From Octopus vulgaris (Eukaryota): DNA of 64,000 nt. The translations under genes and the position numbers were made by a program. The notes beneath the pieces are model-generated. The model saw only the letters and a list, made by a program, of their open reading frames with translations. It was not told where the DNA came from and did no database searches. Shown piece by piece: positions 1 to 12,790 of this stretch; positions within the stretch are counted from its first letter, which is position 1; each line of letters begins with the position of its first letter. The stretch spans positions 52,700,001 through 52,764,000 of the forward strand of contig OX597821.1 of NCBI GenBank assembly GCA_951406725.2. Direction: 5' to 3'.

Positions 1-741
1 AATGGAGGACTACTACTATTACTCCTACTTGTACGAACGCTACAACTTTTCGTATGCAGTTTTCTTAGGAATTATGCAGGTTTAGATGGTGTTATCTTTG
101 TTATGTGTGTAATGTTAATATTTATACAACAGTCACTGCTGCTACTTCTCGCACAACACTAATCTCGTCAATATAATCTGACTTTGTCTTTGTTTACTTA
201 GAATTTTGTTATACTTCTATTAAGTTCAGGATTCATGTCTTCTTAGAACTCGTTTTACTTGTTTTTTTTCTAGTTAATGCCTTTATTGTATAAAAACATT
301 ATCACACAATACTATTACGGCCTCTCTTTATAGGTTTCTTATTTCTTTCCAATATATGAAGCCGTGTTTATCTCGTTGCCTCTGTTGTGATTCAATAAAT
401 ATTGTAGACAACTAATCTACCTTCCACTTCCTAACAAATAAAATGATAATCAAAAGACTTTCGACGTGACTGTTCCATTTATTAGAAGTAGTAGCAACTC
501 AAGCTCAACTGTCTTTAGTGTCGTCAGCGGAATCTTTGTTTTGTCGGCATTCCGCCCGGTTTCAGATTTGAGGCTTATAACTTCATTCCTTCTAACTCTC
601 ACATGAGCGAGAGGGACTTTAAACTGCTTTCGGTGTTATCCTGCCTCCTCTCATTAAAAAAATCGTAGAACAAAAGGGGAACATTGTCTTACGTAAGATA
701 CATAAGAACTCAGTATGTTGTATTCTTATTTACAGTCGAGC

Positions 742-882
742 AAAATGCTTACCGGCATTTCTTTCATCTGCATTCTGAGTTCGAATTCCACCGATTTTTG
801 ACTGTGCGTTTTCAGTGTCGATAAAGTAAATCGACTTGAAACCTCTCCCCAAACCGCTGGACTTGTACCAAAATTTGAAATC
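742..882 (+). mobile_element. Degenerate tRNA-derived SINE (family C, Meta/MESC-like core)
   Basis: B-box-like 'gagttcgaattcc', then 'gtcgataaagtaaa...tcgact...ccccaaac..gctggacttgtaccaaaatttgaaa'. Homologous to the copies at 30548-30740 and 59000-59208. Confidence 0.65.
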
Positions 883-2699
883 AAACTGTGCTTTGAAATG
901 TTAGGAAAAGTAACATTAGCGATGTATACATTGGTTAAAAGTTATAAGAATGTTCGATAAAATTATTTGAATATTCCACTGGAGTAATAGAAAGAAAGAC
1001 TGCTGTACGCAGGATGGAAAAGACAGACTAAATAAACTTTTGCTGATTAAAGAGCAAGAGGGAAGAGCTACGCCGGAAGCCGGGTGTAGATGAGTAGAAG
1101 TTTAGCCACGACTGCCAAGCAGTGAAAAGGAAGATGATATCATCTATGTTCGAAGCATTCAATGATAACTGGACATAGTCTGAAGAATGAAAAAGAAGCA
1201 ACTTATTTTATTTGCATCATTCTATCGTTTGTACTATATCAAACCTTATCAATCTCCTTAAAAGTTATATGTCCCTTTAAAATTTAACTTTCTACAAATC
1301 AATAACGTCAGCTGTGCATATAAAGAAAGCAACAGCATAATTAACATTGACTAAGCAGGGTCTAAAAATAAAAATAAAAACAAAAACATTTATTTGTCAC
1401 TAACTTTAATATAAACATACTCTTTCACACACAAAGGGATCTAAATTTAATTTTACTAAAGCTCCATAAATATTTGACTCGTGAAAAGAAATATCTGAAA
1501 TGCAAAACTAGTGGATTCTATGAAACTAATTACAACAAAATATGACTACAAACACGATCTCAAAGATACGAAGGAGACTATAGTCAATCGACGGCAGTTA
1601 ACAATACTCTTTAGTTATGTATAAGAAAAACAGAGTGGATAAAGTAGATCTGGTTATACTGTGATTGAAACACACGCTTGAAACGTCAGGTAAGATATTA
1701 TATGCACACAAGACTGGATAAGTGTGGATCCGAAACTAAACAATAACAAATGCACTAACAGACAACACGCTGTGTTATTTGCGTTACGGATCCTTCATGT
1801 TTAACGAAGCAGAACAACAAATTTAATCCTATTCTTGGACTATGTTATTAACATCGTATCTTCATTTTACTGGAGATTGAAACTAGATCTCTAGAGCACA
1901 GAATTACACTACACTAAGTAGGTTCTTTTGTGTGCAATACCGAGCTTTTAGATATTTTTGAGGCTAAATCCAAAATATGTCGATCCATAATTACGTTGTA
2001 ATACGGAATCATAGTGACATGTAGATATATAGAAGTGTATAAAAAATATTAGCCAACGGCTTAAATCAAATTGATGGTGACTGCTAAGTGAATTGCGTAA
2101 AAAAAAAAAAGAAATATGTTCTACTTCACCGATAGAATCTCGCAACAAACATTCCTTTGGGAAATGGCAGCACATTTAAATATCTTTAATAACAATGGTG
2201 AAACTAACGAACCTTACTTGTACATCTAGGAAAGTTTAAAGTAACTGTTTGGCTATGCCTGCGGATTGATACATGGAAGATGTGGTACTGAATAATCAAT
2301 GAAGAGACGTTTTAAAAATACATTACAGCACGACAATATATATTGCTTTGAATACTAATAAAATATACTATATAATTCATACAGCATAATAGATTAATGG
2401 AGTAATCTTAAAAATATATTCGATTTTCTGTCATATGCAGCACAGCAATGTTTAGAAGCCAAACAAAACAAACAACATTTTAATTAAAGCAGGTGTAGAT
2501 ATATAATCATTAAAGATGTATTAAAATAAAATATGTCATAAAGAATAGACCAGTGATATTGGAGATATTGAAAATAATAATATTTGATAATGCATTAAGC
2601 AAAACATGAAATTTCTTGCTGGAAAATTGTTATGTAAAAAAATTGATTCACGAAGTAAAGGTATTGATTTATGAGTATTTACGTGGGGTTGTCAGTATT

Positions 2700-2820
2700 G
2701 ATTTCAAATTTTGACAAGTCCAGTAATTTCTGGGAAGTGTGTAACTTGAAAACATTGGCCCCAGTGCTTAACTGATACTTACTTTATCGTCCTCAAAAGT
2801 GATTAAAGGCGGAATGTGAA
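2700..2820 (-). mobile_element. Degenerate family C SINE fragment
   Basis: 'tttcaaattttgaca...ccccagtgcttaactgatacttactttatcg...aaaggc' matches the 3' half of 30548-30740. Confidence 0.6.
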
Positions 2821-3044
2821 TAGGGGTTGTTAATATTAATATGAACAAGTTAGTGCTAATATAGTTATACTAGTGGTAGTGTTAAGAAATGCAATGTATT
2901 ATTGGAGGCCATGTGTAGTGTTTAGAGTTGAGGTAAAGTTGGTGGTGGTAAAATCACTAGTAACAACGTTTTACACACACACACACACATGTTTGTGTAT
3001 GTATGTATATATGTATGCATGTTATGTTATATATCTATATATGA

Positions 3045-3372
3045 ATTAACGGTAATGTAAAATTATAAGTTGGAATGTAAATTCAGTAACGGAAACGCCA
3101 AGATATTAGTTGTAATTTAAAAGTATTAGTGACAGGTTAGAGTTATTGGGGATACCGCTGATTCATTAGCGGCAATGTAGATGTATTAGCAACAATGTCG
3201 TATATTAGTGGCAATATACAATTGTTAGTGCTATTGCAATTAGTGCTAAGGCAGAACTATTAGTGTTAATGGAGAGTTATTAATTTCAATGCATGTTTAT
3301 TAGTAGCAATATAGTATTAATAGAGCAAATTTTGAATTATTAGCGGCAATGCAGTATTATTGAGCGTAATGT
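3045..3372. repeat. Degenerate ~21-bp minisatellite (consensus ~tattagtggcaatgtagagt)
   Basis: Recurring units: attagcggcaatgtag, attagcaacaatgtcg, attagtggcaatatac, attagtagcaatatag, attagcggcaatgcag. Confidence 0.75.
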
Positions 3373-3972
3373 TCTCTAAATCATTAAATTGTTGAGATGG
3401 AATTTAGTATCTTATATTCAAATATGAGTACAAAATTTTGAAACCTCCATTCATACTCAGAGTTTAATTAAATAAAGACCAATCATATAATGAAATCAAT
3501 GCAATTACCATTATATTATGAGATGGTGTGTCTTTAAAGAGATGAATATAGAGTATATAATGCGGTAAATGTAATTAATAAAATCTGACTTAATGCTTTT
3601 AGATCAGTGATTATGTTTAAGATCAAATTTTAAAAGGCGGAAAAAATTCAAACTGAAAATTTGATGAAAGCGTGATGTAAATATCTGTAAAATTACAATA
3701 TTACAGAAACTTAATCTAATTTGATTTTTATACATAACTGAAATTAATGAACTGTCGGCTAAACCACGTTTTTGGTTTATGTTGTATAAGATCATAAGAT
3801 GATGACGTAATCAATGTTTATGGATTACGCTATATGAGATGCCTTATAAGTGAAGTGTTCAGATAATTATGGATAGCGTTTTATATTTCAACGATGTAGC
3901 ATGTATGAAGTCGCCTGATCTAGAAGACGTCAGAAGAGAAACGTCACTCAAATTACGTACTATTGACGTATA

Positions 3973-4021
3973 TAATGTCCCAGATGTTGGATGGTGTCCC
4001 AGATATTAGATAATGTCCCAA
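3973..4021. repeat. 18-bp tandem repeat x~2.7
   Basis: taatgtcccagatgttgga / tggtgtcccagatattaga / taatgtccca. Confidence 0.8.
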
Positions 4022-4203
4022 AGAGAAAGAAATTATTCTTACTCCTGAATTACATTTGTTCATATGTAACTCAATTTGGACGGGCCTATGCCTAAACAAC
4101 GCAGCACTCTAACGATGTGCTAAAAACAACTGCTAAATAATCCCTAATTCACATCCTACAGTCAAAACTAAACAAGGAAGCAAAGAACAATGTAATATTT
4201 GAT

Positions 4204-4526
4204 TAAAGACTCCGCCGGTTACGACGACGAGGGTCCCAGCTGATACGATCAACGGAACAGCTTGCTCGTGAAATTAACGTGCAAATGGCTGAGCATTCCA
4301 CAGACACGTGTACCCTTAACGTAGTTCTCGGGGATAATCAGCGTGACACAGAGTGACAAGGCTGACCCTTTGAAATACAAGTACAACTCATGTTTGCCAG
4401 CTGAGTGGACTGGAGCAACGTGAAATAAAGTGTCTTGCTCAAGGACACAACGCGTCGCCGGGAATCGAACTCACAACCTTACGATCATGAGCCGAATGCC
4501 CTAACCACTAAGCCACGCGCCCTCAC
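4204..4526 (-). mobile_element. Full-length tRNA-derived SINE (head B + tail Y) with an 11-bp TSD
   Basis: Minus strand has A box 'tggcttagtgg', B box 'gagttcgattccc' and core 'gcgttgtgtccttgagcaagacactt'. The direct repeat taatatttgat flanks it at 4193-4203 and 4527-4537. Confidence 0.92.
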
Positions 4527-5539
4527 TAATATTTGATATATACTAAACGGTGGCATGGTCATGACTAGAACAACGTTGTTCAGAAGTCGCATCGATCGAG
4601 GCTGACTACAACAAAAACAATAAAAAGTGTAATACATAATCGCTAAGAGCTGGAGCTACTCTGTTCATATAACTATAAATAATATATTGTAAACATATTT
4701 ATGATACGAGTCTAATGGTTTCCTGATCCATGATTTCAGACGACATGGAAGCAAAGTAATTGACTACGCGACACAATTTATATCACAAGGCTGCCATTCC
4801 TCTCATCCACGCATTGACACCTTTTCAAAATAATTAATAATTACAATTCTAAATAAATTGATCAGAATCAGGAAACGGAAGCATTACAGGGACACAATTT
4901 GCTGCGAACATGTTAATCTATTCATAATAAAAGCCTGAACAAGTTTACGCTTAATAAATAAATGTTAGTTGAAGGGAAATACAGCACTAAGGTGTTTGAG
5001 TCAAACAAACAACTATGATGTATTTGATCTATTAGACATTATTGTAAAATTTTTCACAAGTAACTCCTTACTATCTCAATAAAAGAACGCATTGAAACAT
5101 ATACTCATAAATATAAAAAACAGAGTGGTCACGGCTGGAAAGTACTTTAACAGAAATATCTGATTGATCTGGGCTTATCTGGAGCTGAGCTACAGAAACA
5201 CTAAGCTGTTCAATGGAACTTCGTTAAAAACATGTTTACGTTATACAACAAATCGACTTATCGACAGAGGAATGGAAATAAATGAATGGAAAAAAAAATA
5301 ATTGTATATAATGATAAATAAAATTCACTTTAAATAGCTGAATGGAAAACCTACGGGAAATGATGGCGGACTTTCGTTTGAATTGAATAAATAATGTTGT
5401 AATGTGGTTTCGCGAAAACATTTCAATGAAGAACTAGATTTCAAACAGCCGAACTATTATTATTTGAAACATCGACAATTCCAATAACAAAGGCTGAAAC
5501 ACTGTAACAAATGTGTTAAAACAACATTGTCAACACGGC

Positions 5540-5588
<49 letters not shown>

Positions 5589-6023
5589 TACATATATATA
5601 TGTATATGTACATGTATATGCACGTATGTATGTGCATATATATATATGCATAAATAGCAAAACAAAGATCATATAAACAAAACGATTTGAAATAATAGGA
5701 ATTATTTGTAAAAGAAACAAGAAACAAGAACCAAAACTGTCTTTCATTATCATCGTGGATATTATCGACCTGTATAGATGCTGGTTATTCATAGTTATTC
5801 ACGCATATACACGGGCGTGAACATAAACTTATATATAAATCATATACATAAGCATGTAAATATGTATAAACTTGCAGGAAAATACGTTCACATATATATC
5901 TATATGCATGTAAATATGTATGCATGTTTCTATATTTGTAGACTGGTGTGTACGCGTGTACGTTCACCTATACACACACACATAAACATACACTTATATA
6001 CCCGTGTACGAGATAGAGTGTAC

Positions 6024-6073
<50 letters not shown>

Positions 6074-6947
6074 GAAAAAGAGAGGGGTAACAAGAGGCAG
6101 AAGGGGGAAACATGAAATAATTTGTTTTTGTTTTTTATAGTTGTTTAGTTTTAGGTCAAATTCTAAACGGGAAGATGTGAAATTTAAAATATCTCACCCG
6201 TAGACCAGCACGCTGTTTCGTGGATATACACGATTAAAGTGACTGCTGTGGGATGTTTCTTTTATACGACGGTTAATTAGTCAACATAAAGGAATATTCT
6301 TCTTACTGAGGATGCTCTTCAAATTAATTAAAATAGTTTGCCTGATTATTTTACGTATGTTAACACAGGCGGAAAAAATATCGAGACTATAAGTGGTTAG
6401 GTGAAAAACCAAGTGTAATGTGATGTCATTGCAATGTTTATTTTGAAATTTTATATTTAAAAAAAGGATCTGTATGCATATAGAAATAACCGTATGCATC
6501 CACACGCACGCACACACAAATATACATGATTGTGATAATGTTCTACAAGAATTTAAGTTTCGACCACTAAAATTCACGGGCACACTTCTATGTGCCTCTT
6601 ATCATAGAATTACTGAATCGAAGGTAAACAGCATTAAAGAGAATAGTATAAGGGTTAAACAGTAAGGGCGTTCATCGATAAAAAGACAATAGATTATGGA
6701 AAGGAGAAGTATATATACTAATATAATGTAAATTTTAGTTTGGAAGTAAATATAATTATTTCAGTCGATCGTCTGCTACAGAAACAGCTTTATTAAATTT
6801 AAAATATTTCACCACTAATAATGGGTTCGTGTGAATAACATAATTTTGAATTTTTAGTGATTCTAACGTTTCTAACAAAGAAAATGAAGTTAAAATATGT
6901 CCATATGTAAAATATGTCTATGTGTATTATTTACATATCTACTATTG

Positions 6948-7115
6948 GTTTCAAATTTTGGCAAAAGGCTAGTAACTTTGGGGTAAGGAATAAGTCGAGT
7001 ACATCGACCCAGAAGGGATGAAATTCGACCTCGGTTGAAATTCAATACACAAAGTACAAACGAACGAAATGCGGTAATGCATTTTTGTCCGTAATGCTAA
7101 TGATTCAGCTTGCTC
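6948..7115 (-). mobile_element. Family C SINE, degenerate and internally deleted
   Basis: 'tttcaaattttggcaaaagg...aagtcgagtacatcgaccc...gggatgaaa..cgacctcgg...cgaaatgcgg...gctaatgattc' is homologous to 30548-30740. Confidence 0.7.
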
Positions 7116-7146
7116 TCACAGTCACACATACACGCATATATTCACG

Positions 7147-7231
<85 letters not shown>

Positions 7232-7262
7232 GTAGAGAGAGGAATGTTTGAAAATGAATTAA

Positions 7263-7297
<35 letters not shown>

Positions 7298-8316
7298 GCT
7301 TACTTAAACCTCTATGAACGTTTCACCGTAAAGGGTAAATAGCTTTAGTCGATGTATATAGATGGTGGTACCTCAGTATGGCCGCAGTCAAATGGTTGAA
7401 ACATGTAAAAGAATATATATATATATATATAAGTAGAAACATTATTGTTCCTAAATCTCTCAACGAGAGATGACGAAGAGAAATAATCCTGAGACCGTAC
7501 AATCCACAGATACTGATTTGTGCTGGCTAGGAGTGCAAAGCTCTGCTGTCCGAAAATATAAGGAGACAGATTGTGTGTCGTATAGCTAGCTGGGACTAAA
7601 CAACCATAGCATTGGCCCCGAACGGGAGTGTCATAAAAGTTTGGCAGATAATCGTTCTTTAATATATATTTTTTGTTTGTGAGGATATTCTATCCGAGCG
7701 GGCACCAGTTATACGCCTCTATCAATTGATAATTTTCGTTATCATTCATGTGCCTATGTACTAATATTTATGATTGTTTTTTTTTTAATAATTATTTGTA
7801 CTTTCAACTTCTGAAAATTCAGTTGTCCCTATAGAAACTCCATTCTTTTTTATATAGGGGAAATAATTAATGGTTTAAAGAAAACCAAGTATGCATACAG
7901 CATATTCGCAGTATATTGTTTCGTTTTAATCCCCATTCGAGAGAAACTAATCATAGCAGTCAAAATGCCCAGAAGGAACCTTTGTTTGTTTATTACATCA
8001 TAGCGCACTTTAACGTGCAGGATGAGCGCTAGCAAATGGTTGAAATGTCACGTAGGCAAAAAACAAAACAAAACAAAAACAAAACAAACTAAATATGAAT
8101 GCACAATTATTAAAAATAAAATAATATTCTATGTGTATTCTCTGTCTTCTTTAATACCCCCGCCTAAACACATATGCACGTATATATTAAGTAATTGTTT
8201 GTTGTCAACTTAATTTGGCAGTCCCGGCAACAAACCATCACTTTATCGTACTGTTACTGTATAAGTCTCTCTGAGAGGTTTACAAATGCAATATTTCAAA
8301 TTTTATATGTGTATAT

Positions 8317-8389
<73 letters not shown>

Positions 8390-8400
8390 GGGAGAGAGAG

Positions 8401-8442
<42 letters not shown>

Positions 8443-8525
8443 GAAGATTTCACAAATTCAAGACGAAGACAGGTAGTGTAGACAACAAACAGATGTATTA
8501 GTATAACGCATGAGAAGTGAAAAAG

Positions 8526-8563
8526 TCTTTAACGTTTCGAGCCTACGCTCTTCCACACAAAGG
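8526..8563 (-). ncRNA. Degenerate minimal hammerhead-like motif in the PLE 3' pseudo-LTR
   Basis: Minus strand: cttt-GTGTGGA-A-gagc(gtag)gctc-GAAAC-GTT-aaag. Stem II and the GAAAC/GTT palindrome are intact; the CUGANGA box has two changes. Confidence 0.5.
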
Positions 8564-9198
8564 AATACAGAAACAAACAAGGAGGGAAAATAAAGAATGT
8601 GTAGTGGCTAGTGATCTATCATGGCGAATGCCAGACAGAAGGGTCACACAGGAAAGATAGGAAAAGGGAGAGATAATAAAGTAGTGGTGATCCCAAAACG
8701 AAGGTGCGCGTGCCTGTGTATAAGAGAGTATGTCCATGTGGAAGAGGGCTGGTGATCTTGACGTGTGCGTGTGTGTATGTATATCTGTGTATGTATGTGG
8801 GGCTGTGAAGTTGTCAGTGCTAGTGTGGTGGTGTGATGTGTGGTATGGTGGTGTATGGTGTAGTGGTGTGGTGTGTGGAGTGATGGTGTTGGGAGGTGAG
8901 GAGACGCGAGTGGGGAAAGTAAGGGTGGGGTGTGAGTTAGGCTGAGGTGGTAGAGTTGGGGTATGTGGGTAGGCAGGGGTGAGAGTAGAAGTTGGCTATG
9001 TGGGAGTGTTGTAAGGGATGGGGTGAGTGTGATCGGAAGAAAAGGGAAGGTGGGTTGGAATGTGTAGACCTGTCGATGAATGGGGAAGACGGAGGGTAGA
9101 AGTGAAGAGAAGAGAGAAGGAGAGTAGGAGTCGGAGCAAGAGAGGGGAGGTGGGTGGGAGGAAGTAGGTGTGAGGGGGAGAGAGGCGAGGGGAGGAGG

Positions 9199-9640
9199 TT
9201 AGATTAAGAGATGAGGAGAGTTGAGCTCATGTGGGGTGAAGGAGCGAACAGAGAAGATTAATCCCTGTTCACGGCACAAACGGGAGTCCGTATGGCCCTG
9301 TGCAAAGACAACCCGAACACGGACAGGTGTTGCAAACAGTGACCGGTAGAGCGGAAAAGGCGCGAGACCAGGGTTGTCATTGCCGAGTCGGATGTGTCGG
9401 AGGTGTTCTGCGAACCGGTCTGCCAAGCGGCGTCCCGTTTGCCTGATGTATAGAGAAGGGAAAATAGAGCAGAAGATGAGCCGGGTGGGAGGTTGTATTA
9501 GGGAAGAAGGCTGCGGGCTCGTTCGAAGGAGGGGAGAGATCGGTTAGAGAAGATGCGCAAAGTGGAGGAGTCGGACTGGAGTCGCCGGAAGCTTTGGAGA
9601 ATGGTACGTTGGAGAAGTAGGGAGCGTGTTGGCGCAATTC
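9199..9640 (-). pseudogene. PLE linker plus GIY-YIG endonuclease C-terminal part (frameshifted)
   Basis: Mixed frames read 'TILQSFRRLQSD...FERARSL', 'LYIRQTGRRLADRFAEHLRHIR' and 'REQGLIFSVRSFTPHELN'. Confidence 0.8.
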
Positions 9641-10520
9641 TCTAGCCATAATTGAGTCGCCTCTATTCCTAGGTTGTGGGGGATACTGGAATAGAGGTTG
9701 ACTACATCGAAGGATACTAGTAGGGTGATTTTGTTTACTATTTCAGGAAGACGATTGAATATATCCAGGTCGTCCCTTAAGTAGATTTTGAAATACTTGA
9801 GGAATTGTTTTTGGAGGGTATCTAAAAAGTTACTGAGGCGGTAGGATTCGCATGCGGTACTTGCTATTATAGGTCTCAATTTGAGATCAATAGGAGTTGG
9901 TACTTTGATTATTATGTTTGTAGCTATCCTGCATGCGGTACCTATTTTCTCACTTTTGTGTGTTTTGGGAATACCGTAGAATTGAATGGTTTTACTTTTG
10001 AAATTGGTCATACAGTCATATTCTTTGTCGGTGAATCCTTCTTTGTATGGGTTTAACATGGACTTTAGGTATCTCATTATTCTCTGCTGACTGTGGTGTT
10101 GGGCCTTTTCATAATATGTTGTTCCTCAAATATGATCGTACTATAGTTATATAGTATACCGTGTCCATTAAGACAACTGCACTCCCTTTATCAGCTTCTT
10201 TGATTGTTGTTGTTTTGTCATCTTTAATTTGTTCAGCTCAGCCTATTCTCTTTTGTTGAAGTTGGGTTTGTGCATATGATGATATCGGTAATCCGAGATG
10301 TATTCACAGAAATGATCAAGAGTTTTGTTCATAACTTTTGAGGTGGGGTGTAGTTACTTCTATTCGGACCAAAGATTCGTCTTCGTTGTATTTGTCGTAT
10401 AGCTCCTCAGCGAGTCGTTATTTTCTACAGAATTCCGCGATGTCTTCTTTCATTTCGTTGTAGTTGGGAATTTTAGGGTGGGTGTAAACTTCAGCCCTTT
10501 GGAGAGTATATTGATTTGGT
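9640..10520 (-). pseudogene. PLE reverse transcriptase, N-terminal part (frameshifted, truncated after the FDV..LY motif)
   Basis: ORF 9544-10077 carries the PLE RT motifs. Upstream 'ILSKGLKFTP' (~10480-10510) is the typical PLE pre-RT motif. The YxDD region is absent. Confidence 0.85.
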
Positions 10521-11168
10521 TTGCTGCTAGTTCTTTGTGAGGTAGATTGATAATTTTTATCACTTTTGGTTCCTCCTGTCTGTTTGGTGCTAGCTCGTGT
10601 CTCTGTGTTTGCGTATTGGGTCTAAAAATGATTGCGGAGATTGGGACGGTAGCTGATATGTAGTTTTTCCTTATTGTTTCGGGGTGCTATGTTGTGATTT
10701 ATGGTTCTTGGACCGATATTGAAAGGTGTGTCCCGATATCCCGTGTTTGGATGTGGTGTTTTAGGGAGCCGTCATTGGTAATTATTGCGTGTGGTACGGG
10801 TCTGTTCTGCATAGTTGTTTAGTAGATTGTTGGAAAGAAAATTTCATTGGTAACTATTTATGGGTGGGGTGTTGCAATGTATATCGTGCGGGAACTGTGA
10901 TTTTTCCTTTCTCCGTTTGAAGTTAGGGTGCTCTCGATATTGTATCGCTGGTGGGTTACAAAGTTAGGGTTAGGTCCTGTATTCTGTTTTTGGTAGAAGT
11001 GCTGGTTCCGTTTTCTAGAGGTGTGAATCGGTGTTTGAGTCTTATTTTAATTTTCTTATTTTCAGGAAAGGGTTGTTGGAAGCATGCTCTGTTTGAAAGA
11101 TGGTTTCGTAGTTTGAGAACCAAGAGGCGCTTTTCTCCCAGCGTTTCATGGATTTCTGTCCTTCTTCA

Positions 11169-11174
11169 TATATA

Positions 11175-11210
<36 letters not shown>

Positions 11211-11255
11211 TGTATGTATGTATGTATGTATGTATGTATGTATGTATGTATGCAT
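11169..11255. repeat. (TA)n/(TATG)n microsatellite
   Basis: Seen directly. Confidence 0.95.
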
Positions 11256-12207
11256 GTAAGTATGTTATGTATGTATACAGCATTTGTATACGGAAATACA
11301 TGGGTCTGTGTATAGATACACATTTACGCGGTTTTAATGTACTCAGGAACGAAACCGGTTGGCGATGGTGACGGACCTGTACTCATATCATAATGGTTTA
11401 GGCGGAGCTCTGATAAGACACAGCTGAGAAACTGTCAATAAATTTTGCTCTTGTCACTACATATTCATCTGGGGATAACGAGTTAGTGATATACATGTCG
11501 AACAGTAACATACGAGTAAAAAAAACAATTGTGTAAATGTGTCAATACGTCATATACTCAATATTTTATGAACCGTTAGACAATTATTATCTGACAGGAC
11601 ATATATGCGTATGTGTGCGTGTGTGCGTGTGTACGCGTGCGTGCATGTGTGTGTGAGAGAGAGAGAGTGAGAGAGGGAGAGATACTACGTGTGAATATGA
11701 ATGTGAAGAATATCTATGCTTTATAAGAGAAGAGTATATATGCTTATGTATGTGACTAAATATACTTACATACATACATACATATATGCATACATGTATT
11801 TGTTTATATGAGCATATATCTTAGAGTATGATTATGTATGTTTGTTTTGTATGTGTGCATATGTGTATAAATGCACATTGCTATTGATATATATGTGTCG
11901 CTATACGTGTACATGGGGGTAATATTTACGTTTCCATATGAATGCGGAATGAATGTGTATTTTGTAACATATTCCCTTATGCAAAGTGTGGAATACATTC
12001 AAATAAATATGTCTCACAGTTTGTTGAAATATCCATTGTTGTATTTCTATTTCAAGACACATCAGTAACTACTGATGGTTTTGGTCTTCTATTGCATGTT
12101 CTTCCATGCTGTCCAAACTCAGATCGAACTTAATAGACTAATATATAATATACGTACACACATATACACGGACACACACACAAATCACATATAGAGACAG
12201 AGAGAGT

Positions 12208-12208
<1 letters not shown>

Positions 12209-12269
<61 letters not shown>

Positions 12270-12389
12270 CGTATATATACATATACATATATATGTATGA
12301 TATGGATGTATATATACATATATACATACATATATATGATATGGATGTATATATATATATATATATATATAACATATATATGATATGGA

Positions 12390-12427
<38 letters not shown>

Positions 12428-12429
12428 AT

Positions 12430-12476
<47 letters not shown>

Positions 12477-12478
12477 GA
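12209..12478. repeat. (TA)n tract with four interspersed 'atgatatggat(g)ta' units (compound satellite)
   Basis: The motif tgatatggat recurs at ~12298, 12337, 12381 and 12424, separated by TA runs. Confidence 0.9.
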
Positions 12479-12524
12479 CTCTCTAGCAAACACGCACATA
12501 TATATGTGTGTGTGTGTGTGATGT

Positions 12525-12790
12525 GTGTATCACGGTATCGACCACGCTATCGAAATTTGTTATGATTTAGCTATCAGGTGATGCCTCCCCGCAAGCTTGG
12601 CTAGCAGCCCCATATTCCTTCTTATAGGCGGGCTATTCCATCGCAGGGTGACCGAATTAACTTCTGAGTCGGCTAAACCAACGTGGAATGAAGCGTTTTG
12701 CTCACGAACAGAATGAGTTGCTTGGTCCAGGAATCGAAACCACGATTTAACAATTGTGAGTGCAACTGACAAGCCATAAGGCCACGCACA
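12525..12790 (-). mobile_element. Degenerate tRNA-derived SINE (head B)
   Basis: 'caacgtggaatgaagcgttttgctcacgaacagaa...ccaggaatcgaaaccacgat...ggccacgc' parallels 4417-4520. Confidence 0.65.

Larger units (their letters stand above)
8438..11168 (-). mobile_element. Penelope-like retroelement (PLE) remnant: degenerate RT plus GIY-YIG endonuclease, flanked by (TA)n
   Basis: Minus-strand RT motifs FYGIPKTHK, LRPIIAS, LSNFLD and LVSFDVVNLYSSIPH (ORF 9544-10077), with a K-A-D-K-G-type motif just upstream. GIY-YIG-type 'LYIRQTGRRLADRFAEHLRHIR' at ~9390-9455. Low-complexity 3' UTR and hammerhead-like motifs at both ends. Confidence 0.9.

Noticed and set aside
1500-4080. A-rich stretches with a coding-like texture (possible Maverick or viral relic)
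   Set aside because: There are many stops in the frames I read, no long ORF in the track, and no recognisable motif; it would need tBLASTx.
4440-4526. tRNA-like sequences here and at 38421, 42091, 46800, 59575 and 61031
   Set aside because: They are SINE heads: the A/B boxes are followed by SINE cores, with no complete cloverleaf or acceptor stem.
10955-10975. TTAGGG telomere-like motifs
   Set aside because: Only about two units, inside the PLE; not an interstitial telomere array.
11345-11440. 'gaaaccggtt' and 'ctgataag...gaaactgtc' hammerhead look-alikes
   Set aside because: The core boxes are incomplete and stems I and II cannot be formed.
12290-12440. Short repeat with variable spacers (CRISPR-like spacing)
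   Set aside because: The spacers are only TA runs, the context is eukaryotic, and there are no cas genes.
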